Below are positions 37,413 to 50,100 of a stretch of 64,000 nt of DNA, in pieces. Numbering within the stretch: position 1 is the first letter of the stretch; each line of letters starts with the position of its first letter. Below the pieces are notes generated by a model. That model had not been told where the DNA came from and made no database searches. It was given only the letters and a program-made list of their open reading frames with translations. The translations under genes were made by a program, and so were the position numbers. This stretch comes from Macrostomum lignano (Eukaryota). The stretch is taken from positions 62,001-126,000 of the forward strand of contig NIVC01002778.1 of NCBI GenBank assembly GCA_002269645.1, read 5' to 3'.

Positions 37413-40400
37413 TGTTAAAGAAATAATCAAGTCTAATAAATCTGAGGGTTAGACTTTAACAAAAGCCCTGTGGCTAAATTATTGCTTATATTTTAAATTA
37501 AATCGATGTTCTCTCTCTCCAACTCTCTGACTCAACAACGCCTCACGCACATCAACCCCACCCCAACACACTCTGAGACGGGGACCGCCAAGTGTACACT
37601 GGCGACGCTACACATAGCAGAGGGTCGGTACGCAGGCACTCCAAATCCAATACACTCCCCCTAATGATGCTTCATCATTACAGTACTTAACATTGATATT
37701 CGAAAAAAGAAACTCGCTATTAACTTAAATGAAATTAAACGAAACGAATAGCAAAAAACAAACGAACAACAAAAAACGCTCCAACATTACAACAGACTTG
37801 ATGACTAAAAATGTGACACACCATCACCAGAGTACTGAGTTAACGAAAAAGTAGGAACAAAGGGAAAACGAAAAAAAAAAAAAAAACCAATCAGCGCTAA
37901 GGAGCTCAAAAGGTAAGATTGAAAGGGAGTGAAAATTACTGCGAACTAAAACTAAACAGAAACTCGAAACAACGATTAGAACAGTCATTGAAAGTCAGTT
38001 ACTTAAGTTCATTCGGTCACAGCTTCCAGCAAAATCAGGTTCTCCACCGGTCGGCGAATCAAGCATCTCTTGGGACCGCGGCCAGGTCTGGGCGCGACTC
38101 GAACCGTTGCAGATCTCACCGCCCCGTCTCGGCCAGGATGCACCGACTCGATGACACCGGTACACCAGGTAAGCCTCGGCTGCCCGGCCTCACCTTTCAC
38201 CAGGACGATGTCGCCGGCCGTCGCTTCTCGAGTTACGCCATGCTTGGGACTTAGATTATGTTCTCGCAGGCTGGTCAGATACTGTCGCTCCCAGCAGTCC
38301 CAGAAGGCTTGCAGTCTGGCGCGCATTCGCCTCAGCAGTGTTGGCAATGGCAGCAGGAGCTCGGGCGTACCGCTAGAAGTTGGCTCCGCCGTCAGCCGTT
38401 GCAGGACCAGAAAGTGCGCCGGCGTCAGGACTTCTCCGTTGGTTTCGGCATTCACGTAGAGTAGAGGCCGACTGTTGAGCACCGCTTCCACCTCCATTAG
38501 CACTGTCCGCAGTTCGTCCAGCGTCAGGGTTGCGTTGAGGATGGTCTTGCGCAAAGCCAGCTTGATGTCCCTCATCAGTCGCTCCCAGAAGCCTCCTTGC
38601 CACGGTGCGCGTTCGACGATGAATTGCCAGGTGATTTTCCTGGTGGCGCAGAAGTCTTGAACTTGTCGACTCTCCGACGCCTGAAGTATTTTGGCAGCCT
38701 TGGTGAATGTCTTGGCGTTGTCACTGATGAGATTGGGAATTCCTCTCCGAGCACAGAACCGTCGGAGGGCTCGCAGGAAGGTCTCGGTCGTCAAGTCGCT
38801 CACCAGTTCCAGGTGAAGGGCTCGCGTGGCCGCACAGGTGAAAACCAGGATATAGCCTTTCTCGATCTCTGTGTCCTCCATCAGTTTGACAGGTCCGCAG
38901 TAGTCGAGTCCGCACCACTCAAAGGCTCTCCCAGACTTCACGCGTGCTTCAGGTAAGGCTGGGATTTGCTTCACTGCATATGGTAGTCCTTGAAGACGTC
39001 TGCAGACAAAGCAACTTCTCAGGATCGACTTGACTCGCTGTCTTCCTCTGATTAGCCAGAATCTCTCTCGCAGCTTACAAAGAGTGCTGGGCACTCCCCC
39101 GTGCAGAACCTTGGCGTGAGCGTCCCAGATGAGAAGAAGCTCCAGGTGTGACTTGCTCGGGATCAGAATCGGACAGTCAACCTCGGCAGAGGCGTTGGAC
39201 TCCTTCAATCGACCTTGGCTTCGGAGAATACTCTTGTTGTCGAGAAAAAGATTCAACTGCCTGCTGAGATCTGTACTGGCCGCTGACTCCTGAAGTGAGC
39301 AATTTCGGCTTGAAAACTCCGTCTCTGCACTTCTCGCAGCCAGCGCTCTTCAGCTTCAAGGACTTCTGCTGCAGCCAGTGGTCCCACTCGCTCCTCCCCC
39401 GCTGCAGAAGTTCTAGCTTGCAGGTTTCTGACGAAGCGTAGGACATAGGCTGTCACCCGAATCAGCTTGATCCAGGATGAGAAGTTCGTGTCATTGAGAA
39501 CTTCCTGTAGACTGATGTCAGGACCGGCTTCAGTTAGCAGAACAACTGGACGGTTCGCTTGTGTCTTCTGCTCCTCGGCAACTGCCGCTGTCGGTAAGCT
39601 GAGAAAGGATTGGTCGGGCCAATCGTCAGGAGGTCGTGCCAGCCAGTCTGGACCGTGCCACCAGCTGTCGTCCGCCTTCAACTTGCTCGCTGATGTTCCT
39701 CGAGATGCAACGTCCGCCGGATTCTCCTCGCCTGGGACATGTCTCCAGGCATCCTCTGGCACCAGGCGGCGGATCTCCGTCACCCGATTATGAACAAAGA
39801 GCTTCCAGGGTCTGTGCTGCCGGATCCAGTAGAGCGTGTCGGCACTGTCTGTCCAGCAAAACACCTGGCGAACCTGAGGATACTGACTCATGGATGATGT
39901 CAACAGTCTGGCGAGTATCAAGGCACCCAGGAGTTCGAGCCGAGGAATTGAAAGAACCGACAGTGGAGCCACTCTCGCCTTGGCGGCCACCAGGTTGCAG
40001 CTGACGGAACCATCGGTGTACTGCACTCGCAGGTAAAGACATGCCGCATAGCATTTGATTGACGCATCACAGAACCCATGCAGCTGTATCTCCTCGACCT
40101 CCTTCGTCGCCGAAAGCACCAACCTTGGAACTTGAAATCGACCTGCCAGCATCTCCTGCAACCACTTCAGCCACTGCTGCTTAATCGGCTCCTTTAGCGG
40201 GCAGTCCCAAGCGATCTTTTCAACGCACAGTTTCTGGAACATCGATTTCGGCAACGTAAGCAGCGGAACCAGGAAGCCCAGAGGATCGTAGACACGGGCC
40301 AGCAGCTGTAGCACGACACGCTTGGAGGGCGACGCCTTGAGCAAATCTTCTGGCGGAGAAAACTGCAGCACGAACACGTCCGATCCTGTCTCCCATCGCA

Positions 40401-43400
40401 GCCCGAGGACTTTTGACGATACGCCATCTTCGCCCAAGGAGGCGGCTGAATAGCTGGAGGGGTCCTCCGTGATGTCCTTCGTCACCGCCGACAACGCCGG
40501 AGCAAGAACATCACTGTCAAGTGTGCTGGCGCGAACCGCTTTCAATACATTCTTGCTGTTGGACTGCCAGTGTCGCAGATTCATTCCGGCCTGTTGGAAT
40601 ATGTGCCGTGATTTTTGGATGAGATCCAGGGCCTGCTGTTCATCCACGCACCCAGAGATCAGGTTGTCCACATAGATTTCTTTGGACACCTTATCCACGA
40701 ACTCTGCATGCTGGCCTCGATGAGATGCCAAGTGGTGTTGAATGACAGTCTCCAGGACGGCAGGTGAGCAGGTGAGACCGAACACCAGAGCAGCGTAGCG
40801 CAGAACAACGAGAGGTGAATCAGCTTGACTGGGATCCCGTGGCCAGAGGAATCGTAGAGCATCGCGGTCGTCTTCTGCAATTCGGATCTGCAAAAAAGCC
40901 TTCTCAATATCGGCAGTCAAGGCGATCGGATGAAGTCGAAATGCCTGAAGCAGTCGCGGAATCTCGGCCAACGAACAGGTTCCTGTTTCCAGACAGTCAT
41001 TCAGCGATGGACTGCACTGATCTCGCTTGGCACTCGCGTCGAAAACCACTCGAACTTTGGTCGATTCAGCTTCAGGACGGATTACGGCTCGGTGGGGTAG
41101 GTAGTGGATGAGATCGCTGGTCCCATCTGGAGCTTCTTCGACTACGCCAGCTTCCTTCTGACTGGTCAGAATGCGATGGTACTCCTGAAGTAGCGCAGGC
41201 TCACGACGCAGCCTCGTCAGATTGGTCTTTAGTCTCTTGAACGCTACCTCGAAGTTGTCGGGCAATCTTAATTCCTTTTTGGGAATCTTCCACGGCAGCT
41301 GAACTGAGTAGCGACCCTCTTGGAACTGGGCATTCAGAGTCAGTGGACGCTGATCAGGCTCGGCTGCACTTCTGATGCCGAGACCTTCTAAAGTCCAGAA
41401 CGCCTCGATGGTGCTGCTGTCCAGACCTTTCTCCGCTCCTTGAGCACAGCAGAGAAGAACCTGCTCTGACCTGGTCTCTAGCTCACTTGCGGCGATCCCA
41501 TCTGACAGTGACCCGCACAGCAACCAACCGAGCTGACTGGATACGGCAACTGGACCGGAGCCGACCTCTGAGCGAATCACTTGACCTGTGACGAGGTCGT
41601 AGAATTGGTCAGCTCCGATGAGGATACTGATCTCGGGATTCTGTTCACCACCGATGTCCCAGTCTGCCATGTCGAGGTGTTGAAAGTGCTTCATGCACAA
41701 GCTGCTGACAACTGGCTGATGAGAGCAGATGTAAGGCACTGTGTTGGCGCGCACTGTGAACTGGGCGGTGCTGTCAGATTTCCGAAGCTTGAACTCGACC
41801 ATCGCAGTCTGCAGCACCTTGGCCTCTGTGCCACCGAATGTTGTCACCTCCATCGTCTCTCTGCCCATGACCTGGAGCCCCATCTTCTCAGCCAAGCTGG
41901 TCAAGATGAACGAACGGTTGCTTGCAGAGTCAAAGAGAATTCGCACCGGAGTCTCCTGATTGTTAACAGTCGAAATCAGTACAGCTCCCGCTGTTGGAAG
42001 GATCACTGTTTGAGCTTTTGTCACCATAGCCATGGTCTTCACTTCTTGACTCTTCACATTCTGTGCAGCAGCCTGCTCGGACTTCTTCCGGTCTTCTCCC
42101 ACCTTTCCAAGTGTGGAGCCGGGTGCCTTCGGTCCATCCTTACCCTGCAGCTTCTCCATGCGTGCGCTACAGAGACTTGGGTGATGCTTCATCTGGCAGA
42201 ATTCACATGCTTCTTGTGGTAGCAGGTCTTGACGCTGTGTCCCTTGCAGAGACAGCTGAAGCAACGCCTCTGCTCCTTCAAAAACTGGAGTCGTGCCGCA
42301 ACGTCTACCAGGCGAGTGCACTTCTCTGGAGCATGTTCAGTTTCGCAGAAGGGACAAGCCGTGCTGACCTTTTTGACCTTCGTGTGAAGCGCAGCCACTG
42401 TGCCGCCATCCCTTGTCTGTTTCTCACCAGCAGTCTTGGACGCTCCATTGGAACCGGACGTCTGCCCTGCAGCTCCAACGGCCGCCTCCTCCCGGACTAA
42501 AATCTCCATTTCCAAGACCTGAAGAAACTCCGTCACAGAATCTAAGCCATTGCCATCCCTCATCTGCGACAAGCTGCTACCAAAGGAATAACCGACGGAA
42601 GCAATCCGAGCAGTTCTCAGCATCCCGAGACGAACGACTTCCGGCAGCTTCGCCAGCAAGTTGGGCAGCAACATGGACTCGTAAGATTCGACACTCACCC
42701 CGAGATTCGTCAGACTGCGGACATTTCCATTGACTTGGTCGTAGAAATTCCTCAGGTGCTGTGCCGACGAACTGGAGCAGGTCAGCACCGAGAACTTTGC
42801 CAGGTGCTCGCGCACGGCTCCGTTGCGGGATCCAAATCGTCGTTGCAGGTTGTCGATGGCGATATGGTAGTTGTCCTTCGTGATGTTGAGACCAGCGATC
42901 GAGTTTCGGGCTTCCCCAGACAGACACGACTGCAGGTAGCTGAATTTGTCGACGACACTCAGGCTCGGGTTGTCATGGATACTGGAGTTGAAGCGGTCCC
43001 AGAATTCCGTCCATTGGGTCCGATCGCCACTGAATGACGGTGGCGGCAGTTTTGGCAACCTGATGGCAGTCTGAGTCCTTGTCGTTGAAGAATTCTCTTC
43101 CGAAGACTTGGACGAAGTCGTCGTCTGTATGGCTGTATTCTGCAGCAGATTTGTTGCCTGCGGCGTGCCGGTCCGCGCGGTCTGAAGCTCCTGGAGCCGT
43201 CTGGTGAGGTTTGAGATCAATTTGCCAGCCAGCAAGTCGTACTCCATTGTCGTCTCTGCTTCAGCCTGCACGTCCTTCTCGTCAACCTCCGCGGCGAGCT
43301 CTTCATCTGCTGCTTGGAGCTGCTGCTTCTTGAACCGTAGAGCCTCTAGAACGCTGTCGATTTCATCTTCAGCAGCATCTGTTTTGAGCAGGTCTTCGGC

Positions 43401-43795
43401 TTTCTGTGCCAGTCTGGTGACCGTCGCTCGTAACACGCCTCTCTTCCTGGAGTCCATGCTGTTGTTGAAAAATCGCTGAGTCACTGTAGCACTCTTGCGC
43501 TCACTGCTTGATTTTACTGTGATTTTGGTTCGGGCGCCATGTTAAAGAAATAATCAAGTCTAATAAATCTGAGGGTTAGACTTTAACAAAAAAACAGGTA
43601 AATGAGCCCTGTGGCTAAATTATTGCTTATATTTTAAATTAAATCGATGTTCTCTCTCTCCAACTCTCTGACTCAACAACGCCTCACGCACATCAACCCC
43701 ACCCCAACACACTCTGAGACGGGGACCGCCAAGTGTACACTGGCGACGCTACACATAGCAGAGGGTCGGTACGCAGGCACTCCAAATCCAATACA
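37413..43795 (-). mobile_element. Full-length BEL/Pao LTR retrotransposon with 5 bp TSD GCAGC
   Basis: LTRs at 37413-37654 and 43540-43795 (TG...CA), identical by eye except for a 14 bp indel. PBS TGGCGCCCGAAC (tRNA-Lys(TTT)-like) and PPT AGGGGGAG. TSD at 37408-37412 and 43796-43800. Gag 42189..43484, protease/RT/RNase H 39253..42321 (LFDSAS, YVDNL, LHGFCDAS), integrase 38009..39256. Confidence 0.97.
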
Positions 43796-45708
43796 GCAGC
43801 GTTGTCTTTGGTGGGGAAGACGGAGGCTCGTTTGGTAGCCCGGAGGAACCGGATGAGCCGTGGGATGTTCTCGGGCCGGCAAGCGTCGTCCAGGGACGGG
43901 TTGGGCCCGAGGTAGTTGAGCCGGTCTCGGTTGGAGGCCGGGCAGTAGCAGACGAAGTGCTTGGCGTCTTCGTTTTTGAGGTTGCAAAAGGGGCAGAGTT
44001 CGCTCCGGCGAACACATCGGAGGAAACAGTGCCTGGCAAAGCAACCGTGACCAGACGGACGGTTACCGTCCGTTGATGGCCCAGCAGGTGTGCGGTGGCA
44101 GTTGCGGTGGCTGATCATATACATGATCCACCAGGTGAGGTGCGAGTGGGTTCCTCTAGCACGTAGAGCTCTGTCGAAAGCCTCGAAGAGAACGTTATCG
44201 AAGGCTCCAACGATGTCGAGGAAGACAGCAAGAGCGTAGCCGTTACCTAGAACGGCTTTCTCCAGCATGTCGACCAAGACATGAAGCGCGCTCTCCGTGG
44301 ACCTGCCTGCCCGAAAGGCGTGCTGGTTCTCACTGAGCGGCTTGTTCTTCAGTTCCACAGAGAGGAGGCGCCAAAGCACCAGTCTCTCCAACAGCTTCAC
44401 CAGTGAGGAGGTGAGGCTGACTGGTCTGAAGGATTTAATGGACCGGTAGTCCGGTCGGCCGGGCTTGGGGATAAAGACCACCCTGGCCTCGGTCCAGGAT
44501 TTCGGAACAAAGCCGAGCACAATGCAGGCTTTCAAGAGCCGGCAAAGGTTCCGCAGGAAACCAGTGCATTTCACCACCTCTCGCAGGAAGGCTGGCACAA
44601 TGCCATTCGGTCCTGGGGATTTGAAAGGTTTGTAGGAGACTGCTTTAGTAACGAGGTCCTTCGTAATGATTGAGTCAGCCAGCACGTGTCCACCCACTGA
44701 GTGATCAGGGGGGTCGGGCCTGGCTGGCTCGTTCGGGAAAACGCTGTTATCATTGCCTCCAGTGTTTCTCCTGGGTTCTCAGTGAGCGAGCCGTCGGCTG
44801 TCTTTACTGAGGTGAGTTTGGACATTTTGTTGTGTATAGACAAAAAGACTAAACGGACTCTAGTTTCTCTCTGCATGTCTATTGTCTAGGGTAGGGTAGC
44901 GCAAAGAGCAAGTTTCTGCGTGCGTTCGCTAGAGGCAACTATAAGCCGTGAACCGCGGTACTCTAAACAAAGATTCTTCGCCCGCTACTGCGGGCGGGTC
45001 TACGTCCGCGCGAGGCAGACTCGGCTGCGCGAATAGCCTTGTTAGGCTCGGGATCGGGTTGCTGCTGCCGCTTGGCCAGCGGAGCCTGAGCCCCAGCTCC
45101 GGGAGCGGCGCGCTTCCCGTCGTTCTTGGCCTCCGTCTTGCCCTCCTCACAGCGGAGGATGGTCAGTTGGTGGAGACCAAGGTGGAGGTTTGAGCCATGC
45201 GGTAGCCGCTTGGCCCATCCCTGCGTCAGGCCGAGGATGACGGTGGCCCGGGTCGTGTCCTTGCGGACCGTGTTGTGGTACACAAGACCACTGGCGTCGA
45301 GGTCCGGGCGCCGCTTGAGCAGAAGCTGCCGCAGCTGCTCCCCGGACTTGATTGCACTGTCGGCGGGTACCCAAATCCGATGGCGGATGGCCTTCGGCCG
45401 TTCGCTCTCCAGGGCGAAGGTCAGCTGGCCCAGGTCGCTGTGCCAGTCGAACTTGGGCAGCTGATCCCGCAGGAGCTGGGTGCTCTCCTCGGACTTGCAT
45501 CACAGTAGGATGCACCCGTTCGCCTAGGTGGACTTGACGATGTCCACGAAGACGCCCTCCAGGGTTAGGTTGTGCAGGCCCTCGTCGATGGTGCGTCACG
45601 CGACGTCGAGCTGCTCGGATGTTAGGTCGAAATCCCCACCGAGGATCATCACAGTGGGTTGAAGTGGCTGCTTGGCCTTGGAGGCGCAGGACTTCGAAGT
45701 CGTGTGCG

Positions 45709-45910
45709 TGTTATGAAATAAGCCAAGCCATGATAGTTGTACTAGCTACGAAAACTCCTACACCCAGAGTCTGGGTAATTAAGCCAATATATATTTTCGA
45801 GACACCGATGTACATAGAAGGGCAGTGTACACTGCATGAAGTACATTGAACTACAGAGTCGATAGAAAGCGATAGCCCGTACAATAAGTACACACAAGCC
45901 TCGCACAACA
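45709..45910. mobile_element. Probable solo LTR (202 bp) inserted in the LINE
   Basis: AT-richer island with TGTT...AACA termini, flanked by GTGCG and ATGCG (5 bp TSD with one mismatch). Confidence 0.5.
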
Positions 45911-46654
45911 ATGCGGGGCCGCTTTATCCTTGGAAGGCGGTAGGCTGGCAGGGTTGCCCCCTGAGAGTCCGTGGACACGGCGGTTCCTGACGGTCCAGCC
46001 GCGCCGCCAGACTCCCCAGAGGGCTTCCCCGCCGCGGTGGCTCCCGAGGGCCTCACCGCGGCTTGCCCGCCCTCCGTGGACGCAGCAGCAGCCCGCTTCT
46101 CCTGCCGCTTGAGGTTGCGGCGGATGTTTCACCGGCGCCGGGGCGTTCGGTGGCAGCGTCAGCGGACCCGGTTGGAACAGGTTGAGCGTTGGAGCTACCA
46201 GTGGTAGCTGCCGGACAGGCTGATCCTGGTGGGCCAGTGGCGACCGGGTCAGTTTCATTGAAATAGGTTGTGTGGCCATAGCTGAAAAGCGGGGAGAGGG
46301 CTACTCGTTACGCGAGTTGAGTACCCGACTGGCCGACACCTAAGCCAGCTGGTTTGAAAAAGGGACCGCTAGCGACCGGACTGCTCCCCGGCCTTCCAGC
46401 CCATTGGCACGGTCAGACACCTTAGACATTAGAGGGTACGTTAAGCAGTACCATGGCCTGCGGATTGGCGAGGCAGGACAGCATACCCAATTGTTCGGCC
46501 GAAGCCACTGGATGGGTCACCAGCGTCGGAGCCCAGTCTGTCCAACAGCCCTAGGGTCTGCCTTGAATACTCACGGGGACGTGTGCGAGATCATAGCCCA
46601 TAGGCCTGGCCTGTCTAATACTTCACTGGCATGCTGAATGCGTAAGCCAAAGAG

Positions 46655-47130
46655 ACGGGCGCACGATCGTGGCTGCGAGACCAGCGAGAAGCTGGGAATC
46701 CTGGGCATCGGACCACGCTATCCCCACGTCCGGCATCTAAAAGAGCTTCAGGAGCCAATCATGAGCGCTGCATTGGCGTCTGCGGCGACTGAGGCAGACG
46801 TTCAGACAATGACACAACAGAAGCGCTAAAGCAACATCATCAAGACCTTTAGGCAGCGGTTTGTAGGAATCGGGTACGCCAAGGACATTTATGCCGGCAT
46901 CCACCTCACCTGCAAGACGGAGCCGTGCCGGTCTGCCATCCGCCAAGTCGCGTCCCCGTGTATTTTCGCATCAAGTGCGCATCACACACGATCTGAGAGA
47001 TACGAACAAGTTCGTAATGCCCGAGAAACGGCTCATACGAACTTTTGAAGAGGTCACTGACGAAGTGGCCGATGCGGCATTAACAAGGCGTTCCACCATA
47101 TCAGCATCCACGACATGCTGACATTCTCGA
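46655..47130 (+). mobile_element. Gypsy-derived remnant homologous to about 16690-17085
   Basis: Shared sequence GCTGCGAGACCAGCGAG...GGCATCTAAAAGAGC...GCTGA(C/T)ATTCTCGACA. Confidence 0.7.
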
Positions 47131-47132
47131 CA

Positions 47133-50100
47133 ATGAAGAGTTTCAGCGTCAAGTTGAAGGAAGGCACGGCTCAACCGTTAAATGAAGGAAATGCTCCACA
47201 GCAGGTAGGAAAATGCGCATGTTTGACCTTTAAAATAAGGTGACCTCTTTGGGTACTGTATGATAATTTCAATAATTTGATAACAATTAACACAATTCAT
47301 CCTGTTGTGTTCTCCGTTTCTTTGATAAATTAGATTGAAGTCTTGAAAACACAAATTACTTCTAGTTCTAACTCAAAATGAGCTCTCAGCTCTCAGCGCG
47401 CTTGTATATTTTCTGCTAGCGTTCGTTAGCTTCAAGCCCGTACCTGTAAAGTGCATATTCCCCAACATGTCTATGGGAATATTTTACAATAATAAAAATT
47501 AAAATGCGCTATGTAGTCATCAGTGCCACAACACATCCACGGTTCAGATGGCTCACTGGCTTAGGTAGGGCTACACATACATTAACTATCTTACACCATT
47601 TTACCCTCGATTTTGAACAAGGAGAACTTCGAAACCGACAAACTCCTCTTCAATATTGACACTATGTTTGGGCACTCAAAATCTACAATCAATATTGACA
47701 GATCAAGCTTCAATTTTGACAAACTCTGGTTCAATACTGACAATACACATTTAGTCAACTTGTCCTTGGAGAAATCGGTAACAAACTAATCCAATGAAAG
47801 CCTGAACGGGGCGAAAGTTATCTGTGCAAAATCAGCTCATTCTGACTTTGCTTTTGGGATCTACAAGTATTGATAAAATTTATTTTTCTCCATCCTCTTA
47901 CATACAGAGACTAAAATAGCCTGACTGGTTGGGCCGCAAAGTCCGATTCTATTTTGACAGAGTTGCTTCAAAACCGACACTATGGTTTGTGTACCCCGAA
48001 AGTCCGCTTCATTTTTGACAACTGCTATTCAATATTAGGAACTGTCATGTTGGGAATGGACAGTCAGTTAGGAACTGTCAGGGGACGGTTACGGATGGGC
48101 CAGTTAAAGACTGTCAGATCTGAATCTCTAACCTCATCGTAGAATTAGGATTCGCATGAATACTAATTCTTTAGAATGGCAGCGGTCTGCACTCCGAATC
48201 GTGAAAAATAAAACAAAAAATTCACTGACTCTGAAGTGCGTAAAATGCTTGAATTCACAATGTTAGACGCGAAGATTCTCAGTATCGTACGCAAGTTGGC
48301 AGACATTCGGAGTACAGAAGAGAAAGAATAGCCCAGACTGTGGACAATCGAGGCGCACACAACTACAGTGCACAGCGGTCTACGCTCAGCACTGTGACAA
48401 ATTCGAGCCATTGCTGTGCGCATAGAAAAGAACTTTGGTACCGCATTTCGGCCCACAGAATCTGCCTGCTTGCAAGGACAAAAAAGAGATGACTAACCAG
48501 AGCTGCTGTAGCTGGTACGAGTAGTAAAATTTTTTAAAGACAAAACGCGTCAGTGCGTTGCGTTGCCATGCAGGTGAGAAAGTAGGCTGCTTTCCTGTAT
48601 TAGTATTTTGCATGACGATTCCATGAACTTTGTTTTATACATTCTAAGTTTGATGACCATTTATTTTATTAGGACGCTCAGGGGTCAGTGCAGCAGCAAG
48701 ACAGCGAGCAACAACCGCTGCTGCCGGAGAGAAAGGTACACTTAATATCCCCTCAGAAGGTATTTAAAAGATTATATAAAGTGTACCTCTGAATAAGTAC
48801 ACCATTGAATGAGTACACCCTTGAATGACTCAGCTGAATAAGTACACCATTGAATGAGTACACCCTTGAATGAGTACACCCTTGAATGAGTACAATCTTG
48901 AATGAATACACCCTCGAATGCAAGTTCACTTTTGAATGAGTACACCCTCGAATGAGTTCACCCCCTAATGAGTGCAACCCTGAATCCGGGTTGTAAGCAG
49001 CGGCAACTACCAGTACTAGCGTATTTGAGTTTTCAACTCTGTTTTTCCCCGCAGACAGCCGCATCTGCAGAAATGAGCGTGGTGTGGAAGATCGCGGGCA
49101 TCGCACTTATTTTTGCACTGGTGTCGTTTGCCTGCGTTGTGGAGCTGCGAGCCTACGAGCAGAGCCAGAGGGATGTAATCTGCAACGAGGGCGAGTGCCA
49201 CAGGTCACCAGAGGTCAACAGCACCAGGCACAAGGAGGTTTGGTTAGCGTGCCTGTCCTCCAGGTGTTTTCTTGCGTCGCTGGCGTTGGTTGCCATGGTA
49301 ACCCTGGAGTGTGTAGCTCTAAGACATAGAATAGTGGATTCTGTGAAAATTGGCAGCGTGCTGATTAAAAATTTCCCATCTTGCGTCAAGGGAACGCCCG
49401 AGCTCTGCAGCCTGCCGTCCGATCTCCTCGTCAAGGCGTTTTTGCTCTTCGCCATCCCGAACTGCCTGTCGATGGGGATCGAGGTCGGCTGCGAGATCGA
49501 TGAAATCTTGAAACACAAGGAGTGGGAGTCTCACTCCGCAACCATGATTGCCTGGCGGGTACTGCTGTTCCTCTGTACCATTGTTCAGATCCGACTGGTA
49601 GCCAAGTACGCATTCCAGTCCATTCAGCTGAGGCTGGGACTCTCCTGGATCATCCTGTCCGCCATCATGTCATTCAACATAGCCGTGTGGTTCTCCACCA
49701 TCGGCCTGGAGGTTCAGGGCATCAACGGCGCAGAGAAAGTGATTCCGAAAGGCTCCAATTGCGACGAGAACTCGTTGGGTCATTTCAACGAGCTGCTGTA
49801 CCCGTTTCAAATTGAGTACTGCGTCATGGGCTCTCTGATGGCCTTCACGCTGATGTCCAACCTGGGCAGGCTGGCAAATCACCTGCAGAGGCGGCATTTT
49901 CCCGATTCAGACGCTGTTGAAAGGAAAATCAAAGAACTGCTACAGCCTGCAGAAAGCATGACCACACACCGACAATTCTTGCCCAACTTCGAGGTCATTC
50001 GTCAGCATTCGTTAATATTTGTCGCCGAGCTGCTGCTGCTCATCCTCTCAGTGGCCTGTGTGGCGTTCGTGCGCTTCGACGATCCGAACAACAGCGTCAG

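Larger units (their letters stand above)
37276..46390 (-). mobile_element. Internally deleted non-LTR retrotransposon (LOA/R1-like LINE), split by the BEL element and a solo LTR
   Basis: RT motifs KSPGPNGI, FRPVSLTSSLVKLLERL, QHAFRAGRSTE and VFLDIVGAFDNV, then a jump to the C-terminal CPFC...ED.KHFVCYC knuckle. The ORF end and 3' UTR continue on the far side of the BEL insertion (37276-37412). The 5' boundary is approximate. Confidence 0.8.

Noticed and set aside
41581-43479. Plus-strand ORFs within the BEL, LINE and Gypsy elements
   Set aside because: Antisense shadows of GC-rich retroelement ORFs with no recognisable motifs; no env-like ORF was seen.
48968-49054. ATG at 48968 as the OTOP-C start
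   Set aside because: The first 29 codons overlap a repeat end and a strong acceptor (TTTTTCCCCGCAG). An upstream exon or the ATG at 49073 is more plausible.
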